In this document: in pieces, positions 12,840 to 22,839 of the stretch
Layout of the letters: every line of letters begins with the position of its first letter
How positions within the stretch are numbered: position 1 is the first letter of the stretch
Origin: a virus
IMG/VR virus record: IMGVR_UViG_3300033153_009093
Coordinates: 96,001 to 160,000 of that record
Direction: 5' to 3' (one strand)
Length of the DNA: 64,000 nt
The notes under the pieces: model-generated
What the model saw: only the letters and a program-made list of their open reading frames with translations
What the model was told of the DNA's origin: nothing
The model's database searches: none
Position numbers and translations under genes: made by a program

Positions 12840-13379
12840 TTATGCATATTGCCAAGTTAATTTTAATTTTTTGTCACTAGGATGTTTCCCGGCAGATTCT
12901 CTTTTTCCTCTACAACATTCGGAAATGTGTTGATGTCTTGTATTTGCATGATTACCAGCTTTTCTTAATGAAAGAAACATAGAATTTAATTCAGGACAAT
13001 AGACTTTTTTTCTAGGTTTATTATGTAATCCATTTTCAAAAGCATGATCGCTATTTTCTTGATTAGTCATCCATTCCAAATCTTTCCAATAGTTATTTAA
13101 CTTATTACCATACTTATGATTTACTTGTGGTTTATTTTTAAAATTATCAACGAAATGAATAGCAACTAATCTATGAATAACATACGACTTCCCTTTTCCA
13201 TTATTACTAAACCATACATTAGCATATTTATTTCTAAAAGATGTTTTTAAAATAACACCTTCGGGGTATCTATGAAAACTTTTAACATTTCCCCATGATG
13301 ATATTTGATACAACCCTTCGTATCCTTTTACATCCTTCCACGTTTCAGACTCTCTATTTTTTATTTTTGTATCTGGCAT
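12840..13379 (-). CDS. NUMOD4-HNH homing endonuclease
   Basis: ETWKDVKGYEGLYQISSWGNVKS (NUMOD4), HRLVAIHF, VNHKYGNKLNN (HNH-like, with the usual HKDG Asp changed to Tyr). Confidence 0.85.
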   Translation of the reverse strand: MPDTKIKNRESETWKDVKGYEGLYQISSWGNVKSFHRYPEGVILKTSFRNKYANVWFSNNGKGKSYVIHRLVAIHFVDNFKNKPQVNHKYGNKLNNYWKDLEWMTNQENSDHAFENGLHNKPRKKVYCPELNSMFLSLRKAGNHANTRHQHISECCRGKRESAGKHPSDKKLKLTWQYA

Positions 13380-13411
13380 AATTATAGTATTATTTTAATT
13401 AAATTATTTAT

Positions 13412-14929
13412 TTAAAATAGCGAAACATTTTGTGATACTTGATTATTAGATTTTGTTTTCTTTTCAAATTGACCTAACATTCCGCCCCCTTCTTCGGCAC
13501 TACACTTTTCAAATCTTGCAAAATTAGGACGATATCTACAATTTATTATAGTACCATCTTCATGATATCTATGTTTTTCATTATATAATACGACCATATT
13601 ATATCCTAAATCTTTATAAGTATCTTTTACCTGCATTGTAATAACGATATCGGCATTTTCATATTTTGACCAACCGCCTCCAATGTCCGTACCACTTGGC
13701 ATTTCGTCATCGCTTTTACTTTTTCTTGCGCCTTCTCTATTAAACTGCGATACAGTTAACCCGCAAGTGTCATATTTTTTTGAAACAGCTTTGAAATCAT
13801 CTACAATATTCCCTACAACTTCATCACTTCTCAATGTTTTTCTATTATCAATAGGTAACATTTTATCTACATAGTCAAGCATAATAGAATATACAATAGA
13901 ATCTTTAAACTTTAATAGAGTTCTATCAATGCATGCTTCTATAGCTAACATATTATGACGTTTAGGTGGCAATTCAACTACGACTAATATAGTATTTTTA
14001 TCCTTTTGTTTTAAATATAATTTTATGATTTCTTTTCTTTTCTGATCATCCAATATATCATACTTTAATTTATTAATATCTATATCAGTTATATTTGAGA
14101 TAATCCGTAAAAAAGTTTCTGTTTTAGAATTTTCAAAAGTAAAATAGAAAACAATATTTTTTTTATTACCAGTTTTTTTAGACCGTAAGTGTTCTGCCGT
14201 TGAATGGCACAGAAACATTGATTTCCCGGCCCCGGAAGCCCCGATTAATATACCTATTCGTTTCTTCTCTATAAATCGAATTTCGCTTAATATTGAAACT
14301 TCTCGACACTCTTCTTGAACTACAGCCGATTCTTGTAAAGCTTCATCAATATCATCGATATCATTTTCTAAAACAAAATCGTCATTTATTAAAGAATCAT
14401 CATATGTCAAAAATATTTTTGATAATCTTTGTTCGTATTCTATTGTTGGGTCTTCTATTGTATAAAATTTATTATATAAATCATATAAATCAATAATAGA
14501 TTTATGAAGAGATAAAAATTTAATAACTTTATCAAATTCTATATTTATTGAACTATTATTAAATCTATTTGAATCTTTATTATTAACAATGTAATTTATA
14601 AATTTTTGTACTTTATTAAATGTATTATTATCTATTGTGTTTTCTATTTTATTTATAATACTTTGTTTTATAGAAACAATATCAGCATTTATACTTATTG
14701 TTTTTGATTCTATAATTAAAGATAATATTTTTATGAAGGCAGGATTATCCGTTTCATATACTAATGATAGTGATTTATAGGACTGTTGTTTTGTAGTAAA
14801 AAAATAATTTAAGAAACTATTTATATTTAATAATGATGCGTCTTTAAAATTAGTAATGTCATATCTTAATAAACCTATACATAATAAAGATATATACTCA
14901 GGTGTTAAATATTTTTTATCTATAATCAT
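13412..14929 (-). CDS. Replicative DNA helicase (DnaB/T4 gp41-like)
   Basis: GASGAGKS Walker A, LDYVD Walker B, SQFNREG motif. Confidence 0.8.
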   Translation of the reverse strand: MIIDKKYLTPEYISLLCIGLLRYDITNFKDASLLNINSFLNYFFTTKQQSYKSLSLVYETDNPAFIKILSLIIESKTISINADIVSIKQSIINKIENTIDNNTFNKVQKFINYIVNNKDSNRFNNSSINIEFDKVIKFLSLHKSIIDLYDLYNKFYTIEDPTIEYEQRLSKIFLTYDDSLINDDFVLENDIDDIDEALQESAVVQEECREVSILSEIRFIEKKRIGILIGASGAGKSMFLCHSTAEHLRSKKTGNKKNIVFYFTFENSKTETFLRIISNITDIDINKLKYDILDDQKRKEIIKLYLKQKDKNTILVVVELPPKRHNMLAIEACIDRTLLKFKDSIVYSIMLDYVDKMLPIDNRKTLRSDEVVGNIVDDFKAVSKKYDTCGLTVSQFNREGARKSKSDDEMPSGTDIGGGWSKYENADIVITMQVKDTYKDLGYNMVVLYNEKHRYHEDGTIINCRYRPNFARFEKCSAEEGGGMLGQFEKKTKSNNQVSQNVSLF

Positions 14930-14931
14930 TT

Positions 14932-15780
14932 TTATTTTAATAAAGGAGAGAATTTTGTCATTATGTTAGCTACAAATAAATATTTAATATTATTTGTAAT
15001 TAAATCTGTCGGATCTAAACTATTGCTTAATTTATCATGTTCATATCTAAAAAAATCTGTCGGATCAGCATATTCTACATAATCATATAAAATTTCATTT
15101 AATTCTTTTAAACTATTAATATTTCCTATTATAAAATTAACAACATAATTTAAAATTTTACGATACGCTGGAATATTTACCCAACCGCCTGTATATTTTA
15201 TATTGACTATTTTATTATCATTTAAATAATATACTCCATTTTTTTTATTTAATACAATGACATGGTCGTACTTTTTATACTTTGTTATCTTTAAAAATCT
15301 ATCACTCACATACATTTCGGCAGAAACATTAGTATCTAATGTAGAAAATTCAATATCATCATAATTCATTCTTTTTATTATCAATGATTTTGTTGACATT
15401 TTATGTAATTTAAAAAAATTCAAAAAAAATACATTTCTTATAGCTACCATATATCTATTTAGTTTTATATTATTACATAATAATCTTTTATAAAATAATC
15501 CAAACTCTACAACTCTTTTTTGTTTAGACATAGAATTACAAATTGAAATATATTCATCGATAATGTTACTTTTAATAATGTTATTACAAGCTATTAAAAA
15601 ATTTACATTAAATGAAATGATATCAATAGAGTTAATATCATTTAATACCGACTCTTCTTCATAGAAAAAATCAGAATTTTTAGGATATATATTATAATAT
15701 TTTTTTAATAAATTTAAACATGATATATTATTTATAAATTCTTTTGCGCTTGCCTCTCTAATATCATTTATTACGCTCAT
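14932..15780 (-). CDS. Hypothetical protein
   Basis: 282-aa ORF in the replication gene run; no motif recognised. Confidence 0.6.
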   Translation of the reverse strand: MSVINDIREASAKEFINNISCLNLLKKYYNIYPKNSDFFYEEESVLNDINSIDIISFNVNFLIACNNIIKSNIIDEYISICNSMSKQKRVVEFGLFYKRLLCNNIKLNRYMVAIRNVFFLNFFKLHKMSTKSLIIKRMNYDDIEFSTLDTNVSAEMYVSDRFLKITKYKKYDHVIVLNKKNGVYYLNDNKIVNIKYTGGWVNIPAYRKILNYVVNFIIGNINSLKELNEILYDYVEYADPTDFFRYEHDKLSNSLDPTDLITNNIKYLFVANIMTKFSPLLK

Positions 15781-16282
15781 AAGTTTTTATTATTTCAGTT
15801 ATAGGTAATAATTTATAATTATTATTATCGTAGCCTACGTCAATAGCTCTATCATTATATTTAATTTTTCCATGAGCATGTCCGTGTAAATGAATAGAAT
15901 TTTTATAATAATCAGGCTATTCGTATAACGGATAATGAAATAAATTAAATATATAATTATTATAATTTAATGTACAAATAGTATTATTTAAAATAATTAT
16001 TTTATTACTAATAGTTATATTATACTTTTTGAATTTATCATGATTACCAATCAATAAATAAATTTTTCCATTTAATTTATTCATTAGATTTATAGTATCT
16101 TTAACTTTCGCAGAACTAAAATCGCCAATATAATAAATTTCATCTGATACATTTATTTGATTGTTCTATTGAGAAATTAAAGATTTATTTACTGTTTTTA
16201 CATCTTTCCCTAATTGATATCTATTATTATGATATAAATAATTACTATCAAAGAAATGATGATCTGCGCTTACATATATCAT
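15764..16282 (-). CDS. Calcineurin-like metallophosphoesterase (172 aa) missed by the ORF track; 2 in-frame TAG at conserved Trp sites
   Basis: SADHHF, ISQ*NNQI..YYIGDF, LIGNHD, FHYPLYE*PDYY, HLHGHAHG, AIDVG. TAG at 16166-16168 and 15917-15919. Confidence 0.9.
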
Positions 16283-16286
16283 ACTG

Positions 16287-16502
16287 TTATTCCTTAGTAA
16301 ATATATAAATTCCATCCTTATATTTATCAGAAAACGAAAAAGGAAAATAACTTCTGCTAATTTTCCGATAAATATATGACGTGTAAAGTATTATAGATTG
16401 TTCAGGTCTTGGCATAACTTGTACAACTATCATAAAATTTTTATCTAAATTAGCAGGAAATCCATGTTCGTGTATACAATCTTCTAATTTTAAGTCTTTC
16501 AT
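16287..16502 (-). CDS. Small hypothetical protein
   Basis: Track ORF lying between neighbours on the same strand. Confidence 0.5.
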   Translation of the reverse strand: MKDLKLEDCIHEHGFPANLDKNFMIVVQVMPRPEQSIILYTSYIYRKISRSYFPFSFSDKYKDGIYIFTKE

Positions 16503-16511
16503 AGTTTAAAA

Positions 16512-17564
16512 TTATTTCTTATCCTCTAAAATTGAATATTCATAAATAGCATCTTCGCTAAAAATTGAATAGTTATTAGGGAGGTTATTGTTTTTTTTCT
16601 TTAATAGATTATCACAAAATTCAGGATCAAAAGGATTATACATTAACTTAACCTTTTTCAATAATAATTCTGTATAATAATCATAATTTATTTCCAATAC
16701 CTGAAATAAATCCTTAATGGATGAAGTTTCTTTCTGCAAAACTTCATCTGGTATAGTTATATCTTTTATAATATCATCTATTTTTTTATTTTCAGTTTTA
16801 ATATGGTCATACTTAGCAAAGCGTTGTAGTATATCAGGTACATATGACTCATCTTTTAATTTAACACATAACCATTTACCTTTCCCTGTCCGGTTTTCCC
16901 AAAAATTTTCACCTGTTATAGCATCGTATATAACTGTCCCTTTATAATAACCTGCAACATTCTTTAATTCGTCAAGTTTTTTGTTAACGTTGACAGGTAA
17001 CGAAAAGTATGATAAAATATCATAAATATTATCAGCATCTATTTTATAAAAATCAGAAATATACTTCTTGATTATCTTATACAAAATATCAAATCTATCA
17101 TAAACATTACTATCAGCATCTATGTTTTTTATATAAGATATTAAATCTTCTACAAGTATTTTTACAAATTTATTTGTTACCCGTTTTCCTTCTACACCTT
17201 TAAGATCAATATCATAATAGGACGTACCATCATCTTTATATTTTATGATAACAGATATGTATCTTTTTTTTGCATATAATATCATAGACTTAATAAGATA
17301 TTCATTTTTAAAGTCTACTTTCAGTAATGGCTTTTCTTCTTTTTCTCTTATTTGAATATTATGTTTATGTAAGAAATCTAATAAATAATTATCATTAATT
17401 TCATCTTGTAAAATATTTACATATTCTAATGCTTTTGTATTATTAGATTCTATGTCAAACGGCAGTTTTAAAAATAAACTATCCGTATCAATATAAATCA
17501 AATTCTTTAAATTTGTATTTGAATCTATATTTAATAAATCGTCTACTTCTTTAAAATATATCAT
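16512..17564 (-). CDS. Family B DNA polymerase, C-terminal part only
   Basis: YIDTDSLF (region I), KKRY, KGVE; no exonuclease, DxxSLYP or NSxYG motifs in this ORF. Confidence 0.8.
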   Translation of the reverse strand: MIYFKEVDDLLNIDSNTNLKNLIYIDTDSLFLKLPFDIESNNTKALEYVNILQDEINDNYLLDFLHKHNIQIREKEEKPLLKVDFKNEYLIKSMILYAKKRYISVIIKYKDDGTSYYDIDLKGVEGKRVTNKFVKILVEDLISYIKNIDADSNVYDRFDILYKIIKKYISDFYKIDADNIYDILSYFSLPVNVNKKLDELKNVAGYYKGTVIYDAITGENFWENRTGKGKWLCVKLKDESYVPDILQRFAKYDHIKTENKKIDDIIKDITIPDEVLQKETSSIKDLFQVLEINYDYYTELLLKKVKLMYNPFDPEFCDNLLKKKNNNLPNNYSIFSEDAIYEYSILEDKK

Positions 17565-17673
17565 AATGATTATTATTAAAATTTATTTTTAATTTAAAAT
17601 ATAAATAGCTATTTCAATATTAACACATTTTATCATCAAATTCATTAACTATTTTTCAAAGCTAATCAGTAAT

Positions 17674-18108
17674 TTAAATAATAATTTCGCTAGAATTAAA
17701 ACTATTAATTAAAAAACTTATTATATTAATATTTCTTGTTTTGGAATATTCTACTTTATTATCATAAATATCTGATATGATTAGTTTATTATTTCTAATA
17801 TAATAAACTAATCTGTATATTATATTTTCTTTTTTATAATTAGTGCAATGTATAAAATTTTTTACAATTTCATGATTATATACTAATTGATTTATCGCGC
17901 CCTGATATTCTGATTTTATAAAATTCTTATGACTCTTTAACTCTAACTATATAGCTTGATTACTCTTTTGAGCAAATATATCTATGCCAGCTGTGGAACT
18001 CCCTTTAGAGTAAATAAAATATCCTTGGGATCTTAAAGCTTTACGTATATCGCCTTCAAATCTTGCACCTGTCCTTTTATTATTAATAGCTTGTTTTCTA
18101 CTCATCAT
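17674..18108 (-). CDS. Hjc-like PD-(D/E)xK nuclease / Holliday junction resolvase (144 aa); 1 in-frame TAG
   Basis: GARFEGDIRKALRSQGY...GIDIFAQK..AI*LELK; TAG at 17947-17949; missed by the ORF track. Confidence 0.7.
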
Positions 18109-18648
18109 AAATCCTTCAATTGTAATATAATTTTTAACAAGTTGTCAAATTCTTTTTGTTTATCTTTGGTCTAATTTTCTTCAAAAATGTGTAGTAATCT
18201 ATACCCTTTCTCATTACACATATCAGTTTTCATTTGATGATATTCTTCAGCGTTCATCTTTACTTTAGTTCTTTTCAAAATCATGTCATTAGAATGTCAG
18301 TACTTACCGTTAAATTCAATTGCGAGCATTAAGGAAGGTATCAATATGTCTAGTTCATAAGGCTTGATTATAGAACGATCTGACTGTATATAATCAATAC
18401 TTTTAGAATCAAGAAAAGTGTATATTTCTAGTTCTGCTTTTGAAATGTTATGAGAACATTTTGGACAACCTTGTTTTGAATTTAAATGATTCATCGGAGC
18501 CTGCTCAAATTCTCCATGAATAGGGCAAATAATTTTAACCTTAGTGTTTGTATTAATATAATTTACTAATGAATAATTATAAAAATGATTATGAACTTTA
18601 TCTTCTCGTTTACTGAACTTTCTTTACTTTTTCAATATTTATAGCCAT
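18105..18648 (-). pseudogene. Decayed DUF723-like Zn-repeat / PD-(D/E)xK homing endonuclease
   Basis: CPIHGEFEQ and IEFNGKY-TGA-HS (TGG in the paralog), a frameshift near 18620, and TAG at 18171; stretches near-identical to 20202..21103. Confidence 0.75.
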
Positions 18649-18794
18649 TAATATAATCCTTTATTTTTACAATTTATTAAAACGGCTGTAATGGCCGCTG
18701 TATTCAATTGTAATTCTTTTGGGGGCATCGCTATATATAATCCTTTTCCGTTCAAAATAGAACGGCCTGACAGCCTGCATTAACAAATAGTTTA

Positions 18795-18989
18795 TCAGTT
18801 CTTAAAAGAGTCTATTGATATTTTTTTAAATTTATTTGAAGTAGATGAAAAACTTTTTAGTAAATTTCTAACTTTTAATGCATTTGATGAATTACTTTTA
18901 TCTCCAAATACTTGTATACGATATTCCAATTCTCTTACTGAAGATAATACTTCATTTGTTATCTCTTCTAAGTTTGAATAATTCCTCAT
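18795..18989 (-). CDS. Possible histone H1-like (Hc1-type) small protein
   Basis: Similar length and layout to 29716..29910 (F.DK.N.S.AL.VR..L...FKK.S). Confidence 0.4.
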   Translation of the reverse strand: MRNYSNLEEITNEVLSSVRELEYRIQVFGDKSNSSNALKVRNLLKSFSSTSNKFKKISIDSFKN

Positions 18990-19171
18990 TATTTATCCTT
19001 ATCTTTTTCAAATTGATTATTTTTATTTTCGGCAACCTTTCTAATTTCATCAGCAATTTCAATATCATTAACTAATGCAATACAATACTCATCAATAAAA
19101 AGATTTAACCATCCTTCACATCCTTTAGTATTAATATTTACATAATTAAAATCCATATCATTACTCACCAT
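18989..19171 (-). CDS. Small hypothetical protein
   Basis: Track ORF coupled to its neighbours. Confidence 0.5.
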   Translation of the reverse strand: MVSNDMDFNYVNINTKGCEGWLNLFIDEYCIALVNDIEIADEIRKVAENKNNQFEKDKDK

Positions 19172-19803
19172 TTAATGATATATTCATTTCTATTATTAGA
19201 AAATACTTTATCTTTAAAATCGTGATAGTGATATGTGCAATCATTTTTAATTATAGATACAGCATTTAATGCATCGATATCATTTTTATCATTTGGAATA
19301 TAAACTAAATTATTATCTTTACAAAGATCTTCGAGATATTTATTACATTGAAAATTTGAGTTTGATATAATATATTTTGAATGAATTTTATATAAATCTT
19401 CTTGTTTTTTTCCATTATCAGATAATTTAATTATATAATAATTACTTTCGCCTATATATTTATATATAAGACCTTGAAATATTTCATTATTATAATTAAC
19501 TAATACAATTTTATCATCCCCGTAATCATATTCAGGATCACGTACTATCTCAGTATCTACATTAACAAAATGCGGCATAGTTGCATACGAATCTTGTATA
19601 ATATTTTCAATTCCTTCCATCAACTTATCAGTCAGTATAGTTTTTTGAAAATAGCTATAAAAGTGTTTTTTTTGAATATCGATAATTCCTTTGTCATTAT
19701 CTATATTAATATTAATGGCACCTTCCTCGTTATCAATTTTTGTACCATCATCTATTCTCATATATACTGTAAATTTCATATAATAAATTTCCTCTATTCT
19801 CAA
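19165..19803 (-). CDS. Hypothetical protein
   Basis: 212-aa track ORF. Confidence 0.6.
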   Translation of the reverse strand: MRIEEIYYMKFTVYMRIDDGTKIDNEEGAININIDNDKGIIDIQKKHFYSYFQKTILTDKLMEGIENIIQDSYATMPHFVNVDTEIVRDPEYDYGDDKIVLVNYNNEIFQGLIYKYIGESNYYIIKLSDNGKKQEDLYKIHSKYIISNSNFQCNKYLEDLCKDNNLVYIPNDKNDIDALNAVSIIKNDCTYHYHDFKDKVFSNNRNEYIIKW

Positions 19804-19805
19804 TT

Positions 19806-20202
19806 TTATAATTGTTTTATTTCTTCGATCAATTTAGTAGTTGAATATTGTTTATAATGATTTATTGTCATAGTTACTTTTGCAATATCTGAACCAATTA
19901 TTTTATTATGGTCATAATCAGCACCTTTAACAATTATATCCGGCTTAATTTTTTTTATCAATTCATAAGGTGTATCTTCTTCAAATATATAAACTTCGTC
20001 AATATAAATTATACTATATAACATTTCCAATCTATCAATATCATCCATTACAGCACTTCTATTTTTTAATCTATAAATTGAATCATTGGAATTTATACCA
20101 ACTATCAATTTATCATTTGGAAATATATTTTTTATTTCTTTAAATAATGCGATATGTCCTGGATGAAAAAAAAAAAAAACATCCATTAGTGAATATTTTC
20201 AT
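19806..20202 (-). CDS. rfaE: RfaE/HldE-type nucleotidyltransferase domain, frameshifted in a poly-T run
   Basis: ATG 20202 gives MKIFTNGC, then T14 (A14 at 20166-20179), then HPGH..IVGINSNDSI.RLK..RLEML..FEEDTPYELI..PDIIVKGADY in a different frame. Confidence 0.8.
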
Positions 20203-21103
20203 TACTTTACCTTTTTAATAAACTTTTTATTTTATCTAATTGTTTTTGTTTATCTTTAATCTAATATTTCTCAAAGATATGTAATAACTTATACCCTTTT
20301 TCTTTACATATATCAGTTTTCATTTGATGATATTCATCAGCGGTATAATTTTTCTTATATTTCTTTTTTATCATCTCATCAGAATGCCAATAACTGCCAT
20401 TAAATTCAATCGCAAAACTCTTTGAGGGTATTACTATATCCAGTTCATAAGGCTTGATTATAGACCTATTGGACTGTTCATAATCAATATTTAAAGAGTC
20501 AAGAAAAGAACATATTTCTTTTTCCGGTTTTGAAACTTGATTTGAGCATTTTGGACAACTTCTTCCGCTTAAATGACTATTTGGTGTTTGTTTAAATATA
20601 CCATGCTTAGGGCAAATTATTTTTATTTTAACCAGACTACCTTTATATTTTATTAATGAGTAGTCGTATTTATTATTATGTAATTTATTTGATTTATTAA
20701 TAAAAGTATCATCTGTTATAGTTCGTCTATTACATTTTGGACAACCTGAGCCATATAAATGAGAATTTGCTTCTTGCTAAAATATACCATGAACTTTACA
20801 AATAATTTTAATCTTTTTATGAATGGTTATATAATTAACTAACTTATAATTATATTTCTAACAATGTACTTTAATTGCTTTTTCAATAAATTCTTCTGTA
20901 GTTAATTTTTGAAAACCTGAACACTTTAGACAACCTTGTCCGCGTAAGTGTTTATTAGGAGTTTGATTAAATTCTCCATGAATAGGGCAAAGTATTTTAA
21001 CTTTTACATGAGCATTTACATACTTAACTAATTTATAATTATATTTCTAACCATGAACATTTATAGCTCGTTCTATAAATTTTTCAGTCGTTAATCTCTT
21101 CAT
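20202..21103 (-). CDS. DUF723-like Zn-repeat homing endonuclease with a C-terminal PD-(D/E)xK domain (about 300 aa); 4 in-frame TAG
   Basis: Three repeats H..KY.Y..V.Y....K.KI.C..HG.F.Q....H..G..C.KC, then ELDI, IEFNGSYWHS, LHIFEKY*IKD. TAG at 21047, 20858, 20777 and 20261; missed by the ORF track. Confidence 0.85.
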
Positions 21104-21109
21104 TATTAA

Positions 21110-21835
21110 TTATTCTCCGCAACTTGCACTTAAATTAACAGGTTCGGTATTTCCGGTGATTTTTTCTAATATTATATCCACTGTCATAATTCTAGCAGTT
21201 AATTGAATAGAAAGACTTCCTCCGTCCTTTTTACATTCCAAATTAAAACTTTCTAAAAATTGCTGATTATCATATAATGGTAAAGAATCAAATTGAAATA
21301 ATTCCTATTTTCTTAATTTTTTATACGTCATTACTCCGCTGTTAATATCCATTGTTTGATATAATTTATCATTATAAATAACTGAAAGATTAGACATTAC
21401 ACCTATAGCAATATTATAAATAGTATCAACTATAGGGTTCATGTCTTCTGTTAATGTCGCAGCTAATAAAATTTCATCCAATATATAATCAAAGTGTATA
21501 AGTTCTTCCATGCAATCTATATATGAAAAAGTTTCATTCAATGAAATTTTATTAATAAATGCTCTTATGCACTTTTCATCTACATTTCCATCTTGATCCG
21601 CTATCTAATTTAAATTATGGTATGCTTTCATTTGAGCTTGATAACTCGAAGGTAAACTAGTTACATTTAATATAGTATCATCGTCATCATAACAACCTTC
21701 TAATTTAAATGATACTTCGCATACAATTGTATCATTAATATGCTATATATCAAACATATTATATTTTAATGCTCTTGTCATATACGCAGGAGTTTTATTA
21801 GTATTGACATCATCTGATATTACAACTATATCCAT
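21110..21835 (-). CDS. Hypothetical protein (241 aa); 3 in-frame TAG
   Basis: Contains track ORF 21305..21541; open from ATG 21835 to TAA 21110 except for TAG. Confidence 0.7.
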
Positions 21836-21846
21836 ATACCTTACCT

Positions 21847-22839
21847 TTATACAATTTTCTTAATTAATACATCTGTCAATTTATAATTATTATTAATATA
21901 TTGATCATTTAAATCTATAAAATTTTTACTAGGGATAATGGCATACACATTATTATATAATTTATATTTATATATTTTTTTATTATTAGATAATGTATTG
22001 ATAATATTGGTAATAAACTTTAACTTATTAATATCATTATCAATAATTAAATATATATTATCATAAAAAAACTTTCCTGTATTCAATAAAAAATGAAATA
22101 ATTTTTTATAATTCTTGCTACATAAAGCTAAATAATTTGAACTGGTTCCGTTTTGTAAAATGTCAGATACATTAATAGTTATTAAATCAAACAAGCTTTC
22201 AGATATATATAAGTTCGAAAATCTATAATCATTTATCAAATAATAATAATCCAATTTATCATTATTTAATATTGAATAATTTATTTCTTTTATCTTTTTA
22301 TAAGAATTCTTAGATTTAATATCATATTTATATAAAAATTTTGAATAAAAACTTTTATATATTAAAGTATTTTCAATGCAATCAATATTATAATTCTTTA
22401 ATATATTATATGTCCTATTATCATTGCATCCTAATCGATACTTTACAAAATGATAGGCAATGCAATCAGTATTTATAGTATTTTCATTGTTAAATATATT
22501 TACAATATCATATTTATAATCAACATTTATTTTTATTTTATTTCCTTTTTTAGAGAAATCGTAAGTATAAAAATTAAAATACTGATCTAATAAAGTATTT
22601 ATGTATTCTTTATTATTACCACTTTTTAATTCTTTTAATAGATTATAAACTATTCCACCTTCATTACATTTATAACAATAAAAAAATCCATTATTATAAT
22701 CTATTCTCATATGAGGTTTATTGTTTTTACTTCTACCACATAGAACGCAATTATATTGATTTACATTATCGCTGATTTCCTTTTTATTATCTAAATATTG
22801 TTCTATAAAGGAAATTACCTGATATATATATTCATTCAT
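21847..22839 (-). CDS. DNA primase (Zn finger plus TOPRIM, T4 gp61-like)
   Basis: CVLCG...FYCYKCNEGG zinc finger; YISESLFDLI and IIDND TOPRIM motifs. Confidence 0.75.
   Translation of the reverse strand: MNEYIYQVISFIEQYLDNKKEISDNVNQYNCVLCGRSKNNKPHMRIDYNNGFFYCYKCNEGGIVYNLLKELKSGNNKEYINTLLDQYFNFYTYDFSKKGNKIKINVDYKYDIVNIFNNENTINTDCIAYHFVKYRLGCNDNRTYNILKNYNIDCIENTLIYKSFYSKFLYKYDIKSKNSYKKIKEINYSILNNDKLDYYYLINDYRFSNLYISESLFDLITINVSDILQNGTSSNYLALCSKNYKKLFHFLLNTGKFFYDNIYLIIDNDINKLKFITNIINTLSNNKKIYKYKLYNNVYAIIPSKNFIDLNDQYINNNYKLTDVLIKKIV

Noticed and set aside
13683-14496. Antisense or alternate-frame track ORFs (e.g. 40..276, 2664..2852, 13683, 14293, 16717, 19570, 22798, 24986, 30474, 40647, 48137, 49829, 56620, 58054)
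   Set aside because: They lie opposite well-supported genes, have low-complexity shadow translations and show no motifs
18297-18299. UGA also reassigned to Trp (TGA at a conserved Trp)
   Set aside because: That copy is also frameshifted, and many intact genes end in TGA, several with ATGA coupling (22836, 47086, 47994, 50713, 53274)
18684-18775. SRP (4.5S) RNA, suggested by UGUCAGG.CC
   Set aside because: Lacks the GNRA tetraloop and the AGCAG partner of the SRP helix-8 loop; kept only as an unassigned structured element
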